Source of the DNA: Trueperaceae bacterium
Lineage (GTDB): Bacteria; Deinococcota; Deinococci; Deinococcales; Trueperaceae
Reading direction: 5' to 3'
Length of the DNA stretch: 64,000 nt
Assembly (NCBI GenBank): GCA_034520945.1
Contig: JAXHNB010000001.1
Span: 64,001 to 128,000, forward strand
Of this stretch, positions 1 through 12,108 are shown one piece after another. The translations under genes and the position numbers were made by a program. The first letter of the stretch is position 1, and each line of letters starts with the position of its first letter. Below the pieces are notes generated by a model, which was not told where the DNA came from, did not search any database, and saw only the letters and a program-made list of their open reading frames with translations.

Positions 1-715
1 GCTGCGCCTGGGCGAAGGAGATCAGCGCCTCGTCGTGGGTGGCGACGTGCACCAGGCCACCCCCGTCCAGCAGCATCTCCAGTTGTTCGCGGTAGGCCCG
101 GTCGACGTCGGCCTTGTCGGGGAACGCGACCGACGCCGGTTCCCGGTAGGCGCCCTTGACCAGGCGAATCTCCGGCACCGGCGTCCGGGCCAGCAACCGC
201 GCCAGGTCGTACGGCGTGCGACGCAGGTAGCTCTGCAGCACCGTGGAGACGTGAACGTGCCCCTCGTCGTGCAGTGCCTCGAGCAGGGCGAGGGTGTCGT
301 CCACGCGCGGGTGGTCCTCCATGTCGAGGCAGGGCCGCACGCCGGCGCGGGCCGCCTCGACGGCCAACGAGCGCAGGTGGTCCAGCGCCACGTCGAACGA
401 GATCCCCAGCCCTACCTGGGTCGGCTTGACCGACACCATGCGCGGCGGCGGGACGTCGGCCAGGGCGCGTATGGCCGCACGCACCCCGTCGGCCATCTCC
501 GCAGCGGCCTCCGGGTCCTGCACGAACTCGCCGAGCAGGTCCAGTACGACGTACTTGCCTTGGCCGGCCAAGGCGTGCGCGACGCGAATGCCGTCCTCCA
601 GGCGCTCGCCCGCGACGAACCTGCCCGCGCCGAGCTGCAGGCCGCGGCGGCGGGCGAACCGTTCCAGCGGGCCCCAGCCGGCCACGGCCAGCACCAGGTC
701 GCGGTAGCGGCTCAT
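1..715 (-). CDS. Proline dehydrogenase (monofunctional PRODH), 3' end runs off the window
   Basis: Manual translation from ATG 715: MSRYRDLVLAVAGW...GAGRFVAGE...IRLVKGAYREP...VHVATHD, which are PRODH motifs. Not in the ORF track because there is no stop in the window. Confidence 0.9.
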   Translation of the reverse strand, partial: MSRYRDLVLAVAGWGPLERFARRRGLQLGAGRFVAGERLEDGIRVAHALAGQGKYVVLDLLGEFVQDPEAAAEMADGVRAAIRALADVPPPRMVSVKPTQVGLGISFDVALDHLRSLAVEAARAGVRPCLDMEDHPRVDDTLALLEALHDEGHVHVSTVLQSYLRRTPYDLARLLARTPVPEIRLVKGAYREPASVAFPDKADVDRAYREQLEMLLDGGGLVHVATHDEALISFAQAQ

Positions 716-731
716 GGCGCGCCGTGGCGCC

Positions 732-1454
732 TCACCGCGAGGCCGTCTGAGGTGCCTCGCGCCGCGCGGCGGCGTTCGGCGCCGGCTCCCGGCCGCCGGC
801 CCCGAAGCGGTCGGCCAGCAGCGCGGCGAAGGTCGCCACGTGCGTACGCATGGCGGCTTCCGCACGGGCGCCGTCGCCCGCCGCGATGGCATCGGCGACG
901 GCGCGATGCTGCTCGCGCGTTCGCGCCGCGGCGTTCTGGTCGCGGGTGTGAACCTTGAGCGGTGTGACGTGACCGGAGAGTCCGTCGAGCGCCAGGATCA
1001 GAGGCTCGTTGGCGGACAGCTCCGCCACGCGCCGGTGGAAGCTCAGGTCGGCCTCCACCTGCGCCGCGACGTCCGCCGTGCCTGCGGCCTCGACGCGGTC
1101 CAGCAGGGCGGACAGCGCGGCGCGGTCGGCGCCCTCGGCGCGTTCGGCCGCCTGGCGCGCGGCCATGCCCTCCAGGTGCTCGCGCACCTCGTAGGCGTCC
1201 AAGGCGGCACGCAGGTCCGGCTGGCGGACGCGAACGCCCTGGGTGGCGCGGGCCTCCAACAGGCCCTCCTGCAGGAGCCGACGGACGGCCTCCCGGACGG
1301 GCGTTCGCGACACCCCGTAGCTGGCCGCGAGGTCGGCCTCCCGGAGGCGCGTGCCGGGGGGCCACGCCCCCAACAGCAGTTGGTGACGCAGGTGCCGATG
1401 CACCTCGTCCCCGACCGTGGGCGGGCGGGCGATCGGGCCGGACGCGCGGTCCAC
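732..1454 (-). CDS. GntR-family (FCD) transcriptional regulator
   Basis: wHTH motif LREADLAASYGVSRTPVREA and an FCD-like C-terminus (FHRRVAELSAN, EHRAVADAI); sits inside the proline operon. Confidence 0.9.
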   Translation of the reverse strand: MDRASGPIARPPTVGDEVHRHLRHQLLLGAWPPGTRLREADLAASYGVSRTPVREAVRRLLQEGLLEARATQGVRVRQPDLRAALDAYEVREHLEGMAARQAAERAEGADRAALSALLDRVEAAGTADVAAQVEADLSFHRRVAELSANEPLILALDGLSGHVTPLKVHTRDQNAAARTREQHRAVADAIAAGDGARAEAAMRTHVATFAALLADRFGAGGREPAPNAAARREAPQTASR

Positions 1455-1460
1455 GGCCGA

Positions 1461-3014
<1,554 letters not shown>

Positions 3015-3070
3015 GCGGGCCTCCAGGGCGTCACGGATGGGGTCGCGGCGGGGCGTACGACCCACGCCAC

Positions 3071-3089
3071 ATCGTATACGGTATACAAT
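3071..3089. promoter_or_regulatory. Palindromic operator candidate for the GntR regulator
   Basis: ATCGTATACGGTATACAAT is a near-perfect inverted repeat, AT-rich in a GC-rich context, about 55 nt upstream of pruA. Confidence 0.6.
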
Positions 3090-3160
3090 CTTGGCGTCAT
3101 GAGCGCGCCCGGTCCCCCACGCCACCGCGATGGCCCCCGTCGGATGCGGCCGGTCTCGGC

Positions 3161-3349
3161 CTACCGCTCCGACGACGTGGCCAGCGTGTCCAAGAGGTAC
3201 GCCGCGCTGCCCACGATGAACAACCACACCCCGATCCGTTCCGCAGGGCCCCATAGGAACAGCACGCTGCCGATCAGGAACGAAAGGTTGCCCCACGTGG
3301 CCAGCTGCCGCCGCGCCGTCCGGCGCAGCGCCCGAACCCGCCGGCGCAT
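3161..3349 (-). CDS. Small YrhK-like membrane protein
   Basis: 62 aa, two TM segments, FLIGSVLFL...GVWLFIVGS pattern; AGGAG RBS. Confidence 0.7.
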   Translation of the reverse strand: MRRRVRALRRTARRQLATWGNLSFLIGSVLFLWGPAERIGVWLFIVGSAAYLLDTLATSSER

Positions 3350-3699
3350 GGCCGACTCCTCGGGCGCGTCGGGGCGCGCCGCCGCGCTGCCAGGGATCAA
3401 TGCCGTACGGGTCCGCAACACGAGGGCCCCCTTTCCACGCGGTCGTTCGTGCGGAGCCTTGGACCCGGCGGCGCGACCGCCAGGCCCGTGGGCACGGGAC
3501 CGGACTGACAGGGATTCACCCGCGCGTCGCGGGCGTGAATGCTGATTCTAGCGCGCCCATTCACGTGAGGGAAGAGGCTCATGCGACGTTCGGCCGGGGC
3601 GTCCCACGGGCGCGGCCGGGGAGGGCCCGCGGCCGCGCGTCGCGACGACGCGTGAGCTTCCCCGTGCAGGCACCCCTGGCCCGGCCCTATGCTGGACGC

Positions 3700-4218
3700 G
3701 TGCGCCGCCGTCCCCCCCTTGCGCTCGTGGCCGCCTTGGTCCTGGCGTGCGCGGCCGCGACCTTCGCTCAGGCGCAGCCCCAGCCCCGGCCCGGGGCCGA
3801 ACCGGCTGGGCCGATCGATCCGTCGGTGCCGATCCGGGTCGAGCGCGCAGCGGGCGCGATGCCGATCTTCGTCCTGGGCGCCAATCGGTTCACGCCCCGC
3901 CAGATCGCCCACTTCTTGACGGGTCTCCCCGCCTTCCTGAGGCGGGCTCGGGGCGTGCCGCCCGGGCAGCAACTGGCGTGGCGCGTCGAAGGCCTCGGCG
4001 GCTACCTGAGCCTGTCCACCTCGCCGTTCGCGGGGGGCCCGGACTACCTGTTGACCCTGCGCGCCGAGCCCGTGCGGAGCTTCGACGACGAGGGCGCGCT
4101 GCTGCAGGTGATGGAACGCCTGGGCCGCGCCGTGCTGCGCGAAACGGACGGCTTGGTCGATCCCGGCCTGCCCTTGGGCGACCCGCCCCCACCCGGCGCA
4201 CCCAGGTTGGCGCCCTGA
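3700..4218 (+). CDS. Hypothetical exported protein
   Basis: Signal peptide (RRRPPLALVAALVLACAAATFAQA); GTG 6 nt after a TATGCT -10-like box. Confidence 0.6.
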   Translation: MRRRPPLALVAALVLACAAATFAQAQPQPRPGAEPAGPIDPSVPIRVERAAGAMPIFVLGANRFTPRQIAHFLTGLPAFLRRARGVPPGQQLAWRVEGLGGYLSLSTSPFAGGPDYLLTLRAEPVRSFDDEGALLQVMERLGRAVLRETDGLVDPGLPLGDPPPPGAPRLAP

Positions 4219-4239
4219 GCGGGCGGTAGACTCGCCGCC

Positions 4240-5442
4240 ATGGACGACAGCGGCCCTGAGGCCCGCGGGGACGAGCAGGCCCCCTCGCCGACGCCCCCAG
4301 TGGGGGAGGCCGGCGCGTGGGTCGCGCGTTTGCACGCCACCGCGCACCGTAGCGTGTTCGCCTTCGCCGGCGCGGGCGCCGAGGCGCTGGCGTGGCTGCA
4401 CGCCGTCGGGGGCAGCAGCCGCACCATCTTGGAAGCGCACGATCACTACCATCCCGCCTCCCTGACCGAGGCGCTGGGCGGCGCGCCCGAGCGGGCTGCG
4501 GCGCCGGAGCCGACCCGTACGCTGGCGCGACGTTCGCTGGCGCGCGCACGCGCGCTGGTGCAGAGCGACCAACGGCCCGGCCCCGTGTTCGGCATGGGCC
4601 TCACCGCGACCCTGGCCACCGACCGCCCCAAGCGCGGCGAGCACAGGGCGCACCTGGCGACGGCGGACGCGCTCGGGACGCGGGGACTGGACCTGCACCT
4701 CCGCAAGGGTGCCCGCGAGCGCGCCGGGGAGGAGGCGCTCGTCGCATGGGCGGTGCTGCACGCCGCGGCCGGCGCGTGTGGCGTGATGGGCATGCCGCCC
4801 CTGGCCACGTTCGGGGACGAGGGGCCCGAGCATGCCTACCATCCCACCGAGGCGTACGCGGCGTTCCTGCACGACCCCTCGGCGATGCTGGCGATGGACC
4901 GGGACGGCGTGCCCGGTCCCGCCGCGTCTTTCGACGCGATGCCGGCCCTGGTGTCGGGGAGCTTCCATCCCTTGCACGAGGGGCACCTTCGCTTGGCCGA
5001 CGCGGCGAAGGCGTGGACGGGCGGCGAGGTGGGCTTCGAACTGCCGCTGGTGAACGCCGACAAGCCGGAGGTGGACGCCTCCGAGCTGGCGCGGCGGGCG
5101 GCGCAGTTCTTCGGGCGCGCGTCGGTGCTGCTCACGCATGCGCCACTGTTCGCGGACAAGGCGGAACGGCTGCCCGGCACGGTGTTCGTGATCGGTGTGG
5201 ACACGGCGCAGCGCGTGCTGGACCCCAGGTTCTACGGCGGCGACGCGGAGCGGGATGCCTCGCTGGCGCGCATCCGGACGGCCGGGTGCCGGTTCCTGGT
5301 GGCCGGGCGCGCCACGGAGGGGGCCTACCGCACCCTGGAGGACCTGGCGCTTCCGGCGGGCAGCGAGGATCTGTTCGAAGCGCTGCCGTCGTTCCGGGTG
5401 GACCTGTCCAGCACGGCGCTGCGGGCTTCCTGGATGCGGTGA
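4240..5442 (+). CDS. CinA-like N-terminal domain fused to an HxGH nucleotidyltransferase (NMN adenylyltransferase-like)
   Basis: SGSFHPLHEGH motif, VIGVDT and a C-terminal DLSSTALR; N-terminal GAGAEALAWL...GGSSRTILEA domain. Confidence 0.7.
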   Translation: MDDSGPEARGDEQAPSPTPPVGEAGAWVARLHATAHRSVFAFAGAGAEALAWLHAVGGSSRTILEAHDHYHPASLTEALGGAPERAAAPEPTRTLARRSLARARALVQSDQRPGPVFGMGLTATLATDRPKRGEHRAHLATADALGTRGLDLHLRKGARERAGEEALVAWAVLHAAAGACGVMGMPPLATFGDEGPEHAYHPTEAYAAFLHDPSAMLAMDRDGVPGPAASFDAMPALVSGSFHPLHEGHLRLADAAKAWTGGEVGFELPLVNADKPEVDASELARRAAQFFGRASVLLTHAPLFADKAERLPGTVFVIGVDTAQRVLDPRFYGGDAERDASLARIRTAGCRFLVAGRATEGAYRTLEDLALPAGSEDLFEALPSFRVDLSSTALRASWMR

Positions 5443-5779
5443 GGGCAGGCCTTGCGGACGGCGTGGGCGAGGCGCCATCGGCCGCTTTCGGGCACCTCGC
5501 GGTCGTGCCCCCACCGCCCTGTGTACCTGCCTAGCACCTCTCGGCTTCTGCCTAGCGTGCGCGAACCCATGGCCCCGTGATGGGCGACGATTCAGGTGTG
5601 CACGCTCGGCCGGCGCCGGCGCTCGCGTTCGCACGCGCCGCCTGTGCCGTGGGAGCCCGAAGCGGGGACGATCCGACGCCGCGTGCACGCCAAGGTCGGG
5701 TGGGACCGCGACATCCCGCCGACGACCCCTCCGGAACGAGCGGCCGCCCACCCCGTGGTGGGCGGCCGCTCGTGACGCG

Positions 5780-7123
5780 TCACCGTATGCGCACGGGGGC
5801 TTCCACCGCTTCCAGCAGTCCGTGCGTCGCCCGCACGAAGCGAAGCCACGTCCGGACCGCGTCGCGCTCGGCGCGGGCGATCGCACGGCCGTCGCCCCCG
5901 TCCCGCGCGTGGCGGAGCGCGTCCTCCGCCAACCGCCACCGCGCCCGCCGGGCGCATGCCTCCTCGCGGGCGGCGTGGGCCTCCGCGCGGAGCGCAGAGG
6001 CGAGGGCTTCCTGGGTCGCCGCGGCCTCGGCGCGCAAACGTTCAGGGGTCGTCGCGGCGCGCACGCCGTCGCGGCCGAAGCGAAGGGTGGCCGTGACGCG
6101 CGCCCAGCCGCGCTCCTGGATGGTTCCGTCCAGACTGCCCGCCACCTCGGCCCGCGGCCGGCCGGCCCGCATGCCCAGCGTGCCCTCGACCCGCGCGTCC
6201 GACCCGGCATAGCCCACCTCCATCGCCACGTCGGGGATGAACGCCCGCCGGCGGTAGCGCTCGCTGCGCGCCACCTCGGCCGCGAGCCGTAGGGCCCGGG
6301 CCCGGTAGGCAGCCAGCCTCGTCGGATCGGGCGCGGCGGGGTGGTGCAGGTCCCGGCGGGGCGCCGCGGCGGGCGCCGGAAGGAGGGACGGCGCGACCGG
6401 CGTCAGTTCCGCGAGCGCCCGTTCGGCGTCGGCCAGGTCCAGTTCGGCCTCCCGAAGGTCCAGGCGGGCGGCACGGTGCGCTCGGTCGGCCTCGACCTGC
6501 GCCTCGGCGAGCTCGGGGGCGTCCGGGGACGCGGCGGCGGCCGCGGCGCGTGCCTCGTCGCGCCGGGTCCGCGCCGTTGCCACCTCGTTGCGTGCCTCCT
6601 GGAGGTCCGCCCGGGCGGCGGCGCGTTCCGCCACTGCCGCCTCCAGCTCTACCGGGGCGACCAATGCCTCCACGGCCGCGTCCCGCATGGCGTCGGCCAG
6701 GTCGAGCCGCGCCTCGACCACCCGGGCCTCCGCCAAGAGCACTTCGCTGCGCAGCGGCGACCACGCGACCGACGCGTCCGGCCGGGGTGCCAGCTCGGCC
6801 TCCAGCGGGCGTGGCGGGTCGTCGCGCCACGTCAACGTCAGGCGCGGCCGCAGGCGGATCTCGGCGGACAGGCCGAGGCGGGCCTCCTGGAGGGCTCCCT
6901 CGAGGCGCGCCAGCTCCGCCCGGGCCGCCACGATCTCGGCGGCGGCTGCCTCGACGGCAAAGCTCGGGGGTGGGGCCGGGGCGGGCTGGGCCAAGGCCGT
7001 GCCGGCGAGCAGCAGGACGCCCGCCCCCACGCCGAGCAGTCGACGGTGAGCCCGCGGTTGCGGCGCTGCGGGCGCCAAGGTGGGACCGGTTTCGGCGGGG
7101 CGTGCGATAGCGCTCTGTGCCAC
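5780..7123 (-). CDS. Exported alpha-helical protein, TolC/outer-membrane efflux-like
   Basis: Signal peptide, long Ala-rich coiled helices alternating with short beta-like segments; GTG 7 nt after TACGCT. Family assignment is weak. Confidence 0.45.
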   Translation of the reverse strand: MAQSAIARPAETGPTLAPAAPQPRAHRRLLGVGAGVLLLAGTALAQPAPAPPPSFAVEAAAAEIVAARAELARLEGALQEARLGLSAEIRLRPRLTLTWRDDPPRPLEAELAPRPDASVAWSPLRSEVLLAEARVVEARLDLADAMRDAAVEALVAPVELEAAVAERAAARADLQEARNEVATARTRRDEARAAAAAASPDAPELAEAQVEADRAHRAARLDLREAELDLADAERALAELTPVAPSLLPAPAAAPRRDLHHPAAPDPTRLAAYRARALRLAAEVARSERYRRRAFIPDVAMEVGYAGSDARVEGTLGMRAGRPRAEVAGSLDGTIQERGWARVTATLRFGRDGVRAATTPERLRAEAAATQEALASALRAEAHAAREEACARRARWRLAEDALRHARDGGDGRAIARAERDAVRTWLRFVRATHGLLEAVEAPVRIR

Positions 7124-7435
7124 GGCTTGGAGCGTAGGCCCTGCGCTCGGCTCTGTCCCCACTCGCTTGGGCGAAAGCCTAGGATGACCCGGACGCCGAC
7201 CCAGTTGATGACGGGCCTGACCCAAGGAGGGCGAGACCCATGACGCGAATCGCGTTATGCTGATGGGTGCGGCCGCCCGCCCGGCCGTTACGCGGTCCGC
7301 ACCCGCCACACTCGGCGGATCGGACCGCCGCGGACGCCCCGCGGGACCTGTTCGAGCCCTCCCCGGCTCGCGCAGGCCCCGCGGGGCGTCCGCACGTTCA
7401 CGGGCCGTTCTGCGGCGCGGGGCGTCCGAGGGGAG

Positions 7436-7978
7436 TCAGTCGGTGATCTCGATTCGGAACGCCTTCAGCGCGATGCGATCATTGACGTTCACGCGGTGCG
7501 GGTCAGTGTTCGTACCAACGAAGACTTGCACGACCAGGTCGTAGGTACCGGCTGGAGCGTCCTCCTTGAGCTCCAAGGTGGCGTCGGTGCCAATGCCTTC
7601 GCTCAGAGCCTCGTGGTCGTGGACCCTCTGGAAGATCTCCGGTTCGGCGTGTCCGTCGGAGACGATAAGGTGGGCCGCCTGTGGCCAGGGCTCCTGCGTT
7701 TCGACAACGTTGAGGAACGGCACGGCGGACTGGACGGTGTGCTCGGGGTCGATCAGGCGGATGGAGATGCTCCCTCGCACGGTTTCACCGGCCGCGTACG
7801 CGTCCTCCAGACCGCTGGCCATGATCTCGACGCCCTCGGGGTCGGGTGCGGCGCCGCCGCCGTCTTCTCCCGCACCTGCGCCCCCGCAGGCCGTCAGCAC
7901 GACCGCAAGCATGACGAGAGCCACCTGAGCCGAACGGGCCAAGCGGTGAACAGCGACCAACGGTGCGAAGACCTGCAT
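7436..7978 (-). CDS. Hypothetical lipoprotein
   Basis: Lipobox VLTAC-GG; AAGGAG RBS; beta-rich body. Confidence 0.7.
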   Translation of the reverse strand: MQVFAPLVAVHRLARSAQVALVMLAVVLTACGGAGAGEDGGGAAPDPEGVEIMASGLEDAYAAGETVRGSISIRLIDPEHTVQSAVPFLNVVETQEPWPQAAHLIVSDGHAEPEIFQRVHDHEALSEGIGTDATLELKEDAPAGTYDLVVQVFVGTNTDPHRVNVNDRIALKAFRIEITD

Positions 7979-8118
7979 CCAGGGACTCCTTCGGCCAACG
8001 GGCCAAGGTAGCGGCCCGCGGAACCTAGCGCGTACGCTACCACGCGTCGGCGGCGACCGGCCGCCGGCACCGTACCCGACGACCCGCCCCTCGCCCGCCC
8101 CGGTGTACCCTCCTGCGC

Positions 8119-8850
8119 ATGACGTTCTCGCGCCCCGCGTTCAAAGAGGGAGTCAAGGACGTGGCGCCGATGATGCTGGGCGTGGCGCCGTTCGGGATGA
8201 TCACCGGCGTGAGCGCGGCGGCGATCGGCATGGGCACCCCTGACGCGGTGGGGATGTCGGCGTTGGTGTTCGCCGGCGCGTCGCAACTGGCCGCCATCGC
8301 CCTGATCGGCCAGGAGGCCTCGTTCTGGGTGATCGTGGCGACCACGTTCATGATCAACCTGCGCATGGCGATGTACAGCGCCTCGCTGGCGCCCTGGCTG
8401 GTGCACCTCCGGCCCTTGACGCGGCTGGGCTTGTCCTACCTGATGACCGACCAGGCGTACGCGTTTTCGATCCTGCGCTATCCGCGGGAGCCGGACGACT
8501 TCCCGCGCCGCGACTACTACCTCGGGGTGGCGACCCCGCTGTGGGCGTTGTGGCTGACCGCCACCGCCGCCGGGGCGCTGCTCGGCGCGCAGGTGCCCCC
8601 CGCCTGGCAACTGGACTTCGCCATTCCGCTGACCTTCCTCGCCCTGTTGGCGCCCGCGGTTCGAAACGTGCCCAGCCTGCTGGCCGCCCTCACCGGGGGC
8701 GCGCTGGCGGTGGCGCTGCAGGGCCTGCCGTTCAACCTCGGCCTGGTGCTGGGGGCGCTGAGCGGCATCGCCGCCGGCACGGTCGCGGAGGGGCGCGTCC
8801 GGCAGCGCGCCCGCGCGACGTCGGCCGCCGGGGACGGGGATGCCCCGTGA
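8119..8850 (+). CDS. azlC: AzlC-family branched-chain amino acid exporter permease
   Basis: MSALVFAGASQ, NLRMAMYSASL and YLMTDQAYA motifs. Confidence 0.9.
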   Translation: MTFSRPAFKEGVKDVAPMMLGVAPFGMITGVSAAAIGMGTPDAVGMSALVFAGASQLAAIALIGQEASFWVIVATTFMINLRMAMYSASLAPWLVHLRPLTRLGLSYLMTDQAYAFSILRYPREPDDFPRRDYYLGVATPLWALWLTATAAGALLGAQVPPAWQLDFAIPLTFLALLAPAVRNVPSLLAALTGGALAVALQGLPFNLGLVLGALSGIAAGTVAEGRVRQRARATSAAGDGDAP

Positions 8851-9179
8851 CGCACGAGGCGCTGTGGTGGCTGTTCCTGGTGATGGGCGTGGTCACGCTG
8901 GCGTTGCGGGCGTCGTTCATGGTGGCCCAAGACCGGCTGGCGCTTCCGCCCGTGCTGCGGCGGGCGCTGCGCTACGTCCCGGCCGCGGTGCTGGCCGCCC
9001 TGGTCGCGCCCGCCCTGTTCGCAGGCGGCGAATCGCCGCTCGGCCCGGTCGACGCGAGGCTTCCCGCGGGCCTGGTGGCGATCTTCGTGGCGTGGCGCAC
9101 CAAGAGCGTGTTGGCGACGCTGAGCGTGGGCATGGCGACGTTGTGGGCGTTGGGCTGGCTCGGCAGCGCGGTAGGTTGA
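8847..9179 (+). CDS. azlD: AzlD-family membrane protein
   Basis: GTGA overlap with azlC; RRALRYVPAAVLAALVAP motif. Confidence 0.85.
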   Translation: MTHEALWWLFLVMGVVTLALRASFMVAQDRLALPPVLRRALRYVPAAVLAALVAPALFAGGESPLGPVDARLPAGLVAIFVAWRTKSVLATLSVGMATLWALGWLGSAVG

Positions 9180-9183
9180 GCGC

Positions 9184-10899
9184 ATGGATGCTGGGTGCGA
9201 ACCTTCCCTGCTGGCAGCCCTTCCGCAGGACGATCCGGAGGCGTGCTTGGACGTTCTGCGGCGCGACGTGATCGGCGCCGATGCCTGTGTGGAGGGGCCG
9301 TTCGGGCCGCGCCGCATCGCCTACGCCGATCACATCGCCTCCGGACGCTCACTCGCGTCGGTGGAGGACGCGATTCGGCGCGTCGTCCTGCCTACCTATG
9401 CCAACACGCACACGGAGGACAGCGCGACCGGCGCTCGCACCACGGCATTGGCCCGCTGGGCCGCGGCGTACATCAAGCGCTGCCTGGGCGCCGATGATCG
9501 GTATGCTGTTTCGTTCCCGGGTACCGGTGCGACGGGGACCGTGAAGCGGCTGCAGGAGATCCTAGGCGTGGCCGTTCCCTCGACCTTGCGGGACCGCGTT
9601 CTGGAGGTCCTGCCTCCCGAGGAGCGCTGGGTGGTGTTCGTGGGGCCGTACGAGCATCACTCCAACGAGGTGTCGTGGCGGGAGTCGCTGGCCGAAGTGG
9701 TCACCGTGCCCATGAACGCGAGCGGCGTGCTGGACGTGCACGCACTGGAAGAACGGGTGTCCGATCCCCGCTATGAGGGACGGCCCAAACTGGGTTCGTT
9801 TTCGGCCGCCAGCAACGTGACCGGCCTCCGAACGGACGTGCGCGCCGTCGCCCGCATCCTGCGGCGCCACGGGGCGCGCGTGGCGTTCGACTTCGCGGCC
9901 AGCGGCCCCTACCTCGACATCGACATGCGGCCGGGCCGAGCGGACGCCATCGACGCCGTCATGCTCAGCCCTCACAAGTTCCTGGGCGGCCCCGGTTCGC
10001 CGGGCCTGTTGGCGTTTCACCGCGACCTGTACCGCCTCGCAGCCCCCACCACGGCCGGGGGCGGCACGGTGTCGTACGTGAATGACCGCGAGCATGCCTT
10101 CGTGGACGACGTCGAAGCCCGCGAGGACGCGGGCACGCCCGGCATCGTGCAGCGCATCCGCGCGGCATTGGCCTTCGGCGTCAAGGAACGGGTCGGCACG
10201 GCGACGATTCATGCACGCGAAGTGGACTTCGCCGCGCGGGCGTTGGCGCGACTGGGGGCGCACCCGCGCATCGAGCTGCTCGGCAACGTAGGGGCGCCGC
10301 GCTTGGCGGTGGCGTCGTTCCTGGTGCGCAGCGGGCCGCCCGCGCCTGATGGGCGCCCTGCCCCGTACCTGCACCCGCGCTTCGTGATTCGGCTCTTGAG
10401 CGACCTGTTCGGGATTCAGGGCCGGGCCGGCTGTTCGTGTGCCGGACCGTACGGCCACACGTTGTTGTCGATCGACGCCTCGCGTTCCGCCGCCTACCGC
10501 GCCGCGGTGGACGCCGGGTACGAGGGCATCAAGCCCGGCTGGAGCCGCGTGAGCTTCCATTGGCTGCTGGACGAGGGGGCCTTTGCGTACCTGCTGGAGG
10601 CGCTGGACTTCGTCGGCGATCACGGCGCGCGCTTCCTCCCGCTGTACGCCTTCGATTGGAAGGGCGGCGCTTGGCGGTACCGAGGTGGGCCCGGCATGCC
10701 GGCGCCCACGGCCGACGACGGCCACGATGCGTGGGCGGAGCCACGCCGCTCGTCACGGCCGGTGGCCGATGACCGGCGGCGGTACCTGCAGGAGGCGCAC
10801 GCGTTGGCGGCGCGCTTGGATCCCCCGTCCAGCGGTTCGTCGGGCCGCGGCGACGTGCCGGCCGGCGTCGATCCCGCACTGGTGACATTCGCCCACTGA
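9184..10899 (+). CDS. Class V PLP aminotransferase / cysteine desulfurase-like protein
   Basis: YADHIASGR, PYEHHSN, SAASNVTG, SPHKFLGG, GCSCAGPYG. Confidence 0.88.
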   Translation: MDAGCEPSLLAALPQDDPEACLDVLRRDVIGADACVEGPFGPRRIAYADHIASGRSLASVEDAIRRVVLPTYANTHTEDSATGARTTALARWAAAYIKRCLGADDRYAVSFPGTGATGTVKRLQEILGVAVPSTLRDRVLEVLPPEERWVVFVGPYEHHSNEVSWRESLAEVVTVPMNASGVLDVHALEERVSDPRYEGRPKLGSFSAASNVTGLRTDVRAVARILRRHGARVAFDFAASGPYLDIDMRPGRADAIDAVMLSPHKFLGGPGSPGLLAFHRDLYRLAAPTTAGGGTVSYVNDREHAFVDDVEAREDAGTPGIVQRIRAALAFGVKERVGTATIHAREVDFAARALARLGAHPRIELLGNVGAPRLAVASFLVRSGPPAPDGRPAPYLHPRFVIRLLSDLFGIQGRAGCSCAGPYGHTLLSIDASRSAAYRAAVDAGYEGIKPGWSRVSFHWLLDEGAFAYLLEALDFVGDHGARFLPLYAFDWKGGAWRYRGGPGMPAPTADDGHDAWAEPRRSSRPVADDRRRYLQEAHALAARLDPPSSGSSGRGDVPAGVDPALVTFAH

Positions 10900-10914
10900 C
10901 GGCTGTGCGCCTGC

Positions 10915-12105
10915 TCAGCGCAGCACGGCCAGGCGTCGCTCCAACTCGTCCAGCGTGGCGTCGGACTTGGGAAACGCGAAGCGCAACAGCCCGCGGCCCA
11001 GCCCGGGATCGCTGCGGTAAAAGCTGCTGCCCGGCACCGTGCCCACGCCGACCTCGTCGATCAGGTAGTGGGCGAAGGCCTGGTCGTCCGCGTCCCGGCC
11101 CAGCCGCTCGGCCAACCGCTCCATGCCGGCCATCAGGTAGTACGCCCCTTCGGGCGGGGTCGCCTCGAAGCCGGCCTCGCGCAGCATGCCGACGGTGCGG
11201 TCGCGCCGCGCCCGGTAGAACGCGCGCAACTCCTCGTAGTAGGCATCGGGCAGCCGCGCCGCCGTCACCGCGGCCTGCTGCAGCGGCGAGGGGGCGCAGA
11301 TGGTCGTGAAGTCGTGCACCTTGCGGATCGCGTCGGTGAGCGCCGCGGGCGCGTAGGCCCAACCGACGCGCCAGCCGGTGGCGGCGTAGGTCTTGGAGAG
11401 GCCGCTGATGGTGATGGTGCGTTCCTTCATGCCGGGATGCGTGGCGATCGCCACGTGCGCGTGGCCGTCATAGGTCATGTGCTCGTAGATCTCGTCGCTG
11501 ATCGCGACCACGTCGTGCTGGGTGCACAAGCGGGCGAGGGTGGCGAGTTCGTCTTCGTCGAAGACGCGGCCGGAGGGGTTGTGCGGGCTGTTGAAGATCA
11601 CAGCGCGCACGCCCGGCCGCGCCATGGCCGCGGCCAGCTCGTCCGGGTCGACGCGGTGCGTCGGCGGCCGGATCGGCACGAAGATCGGCGTCGCGCCGGC
11701 GAACACCACGCCGGCGTGGTAGTTCTCGTGCGCCGGTTCGAGGATCACCACCTCGTCGCCCGCGTCGACGACCGCCAGCAGCGCGCTGATCACCGCCTCG
11801 GTCACGCCGCAGGTGACGGTCGTCTCCGTTTCCGGGTCGTAGGCGAGGCCCTGAAAGCGCTGCGCCTTCTCGCTCAGCGCCTGCCGCAGAGCGGGAAGGC
11901 CCCAGGTCGGCACGTACTGGTGCACGCCGTCGGCCAAGGCTTGCCGGGCCGCCTCGACCACCTCGGGCGGGGGCGGGAAGTCGGGCGAGCCCTGCCCCAT
12001 GTTGATCGCGCCGCGCTGATGGGCGTAGGCGGTGAGGCCGCGGATGGTGGAGGGGAACAGCGCCTCCGTGCGGCGCGCGGCCGTGGGGGGTGGGGCGTCG
12101 CCCAT
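10915..12105 (-). CDS. Class I/II PLP aminotransferase
   Basis: INMGQGSPDF, NSPHNPSG, SDEIYE, SKTYAATGWRVG. Confidence 0.9.
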   Translation of the reverse strand: MGDAPPPTAARRTEALFPSTIRGLTAYAHQRGAINMGQGSPDFPPPPEVVEAARQALADGVHQYVPTWGLPALRQALSEKAQRFQGLAYDPETETTVTCGVTEAVISALLAVVDAGDEVVILEPAHENYHAGVVFAGATPIFVPIRPPTHRVDPDELAAAMARPGVRAVIFNSPHNPSGRVFDEDELATLARLCTQHDVVAISDEIYEHMTYDGHAHVAIATHPGMKERTITISGLSKTYAATGWRVGWAYAPAALTDAIRKVHDFTTICAPSPLQQAAVTAARLPDAYYEELRAFYRARRDRTVGMLREAGFEATPPEGAYYLMAGMERLAERLGRDADDQAFAHYLIDEVGVGTVPGSSFYRSDPGLGRGLLRFAFPKSDATLDELERRLAVLR

Positions 12106-12108
12106 GCG

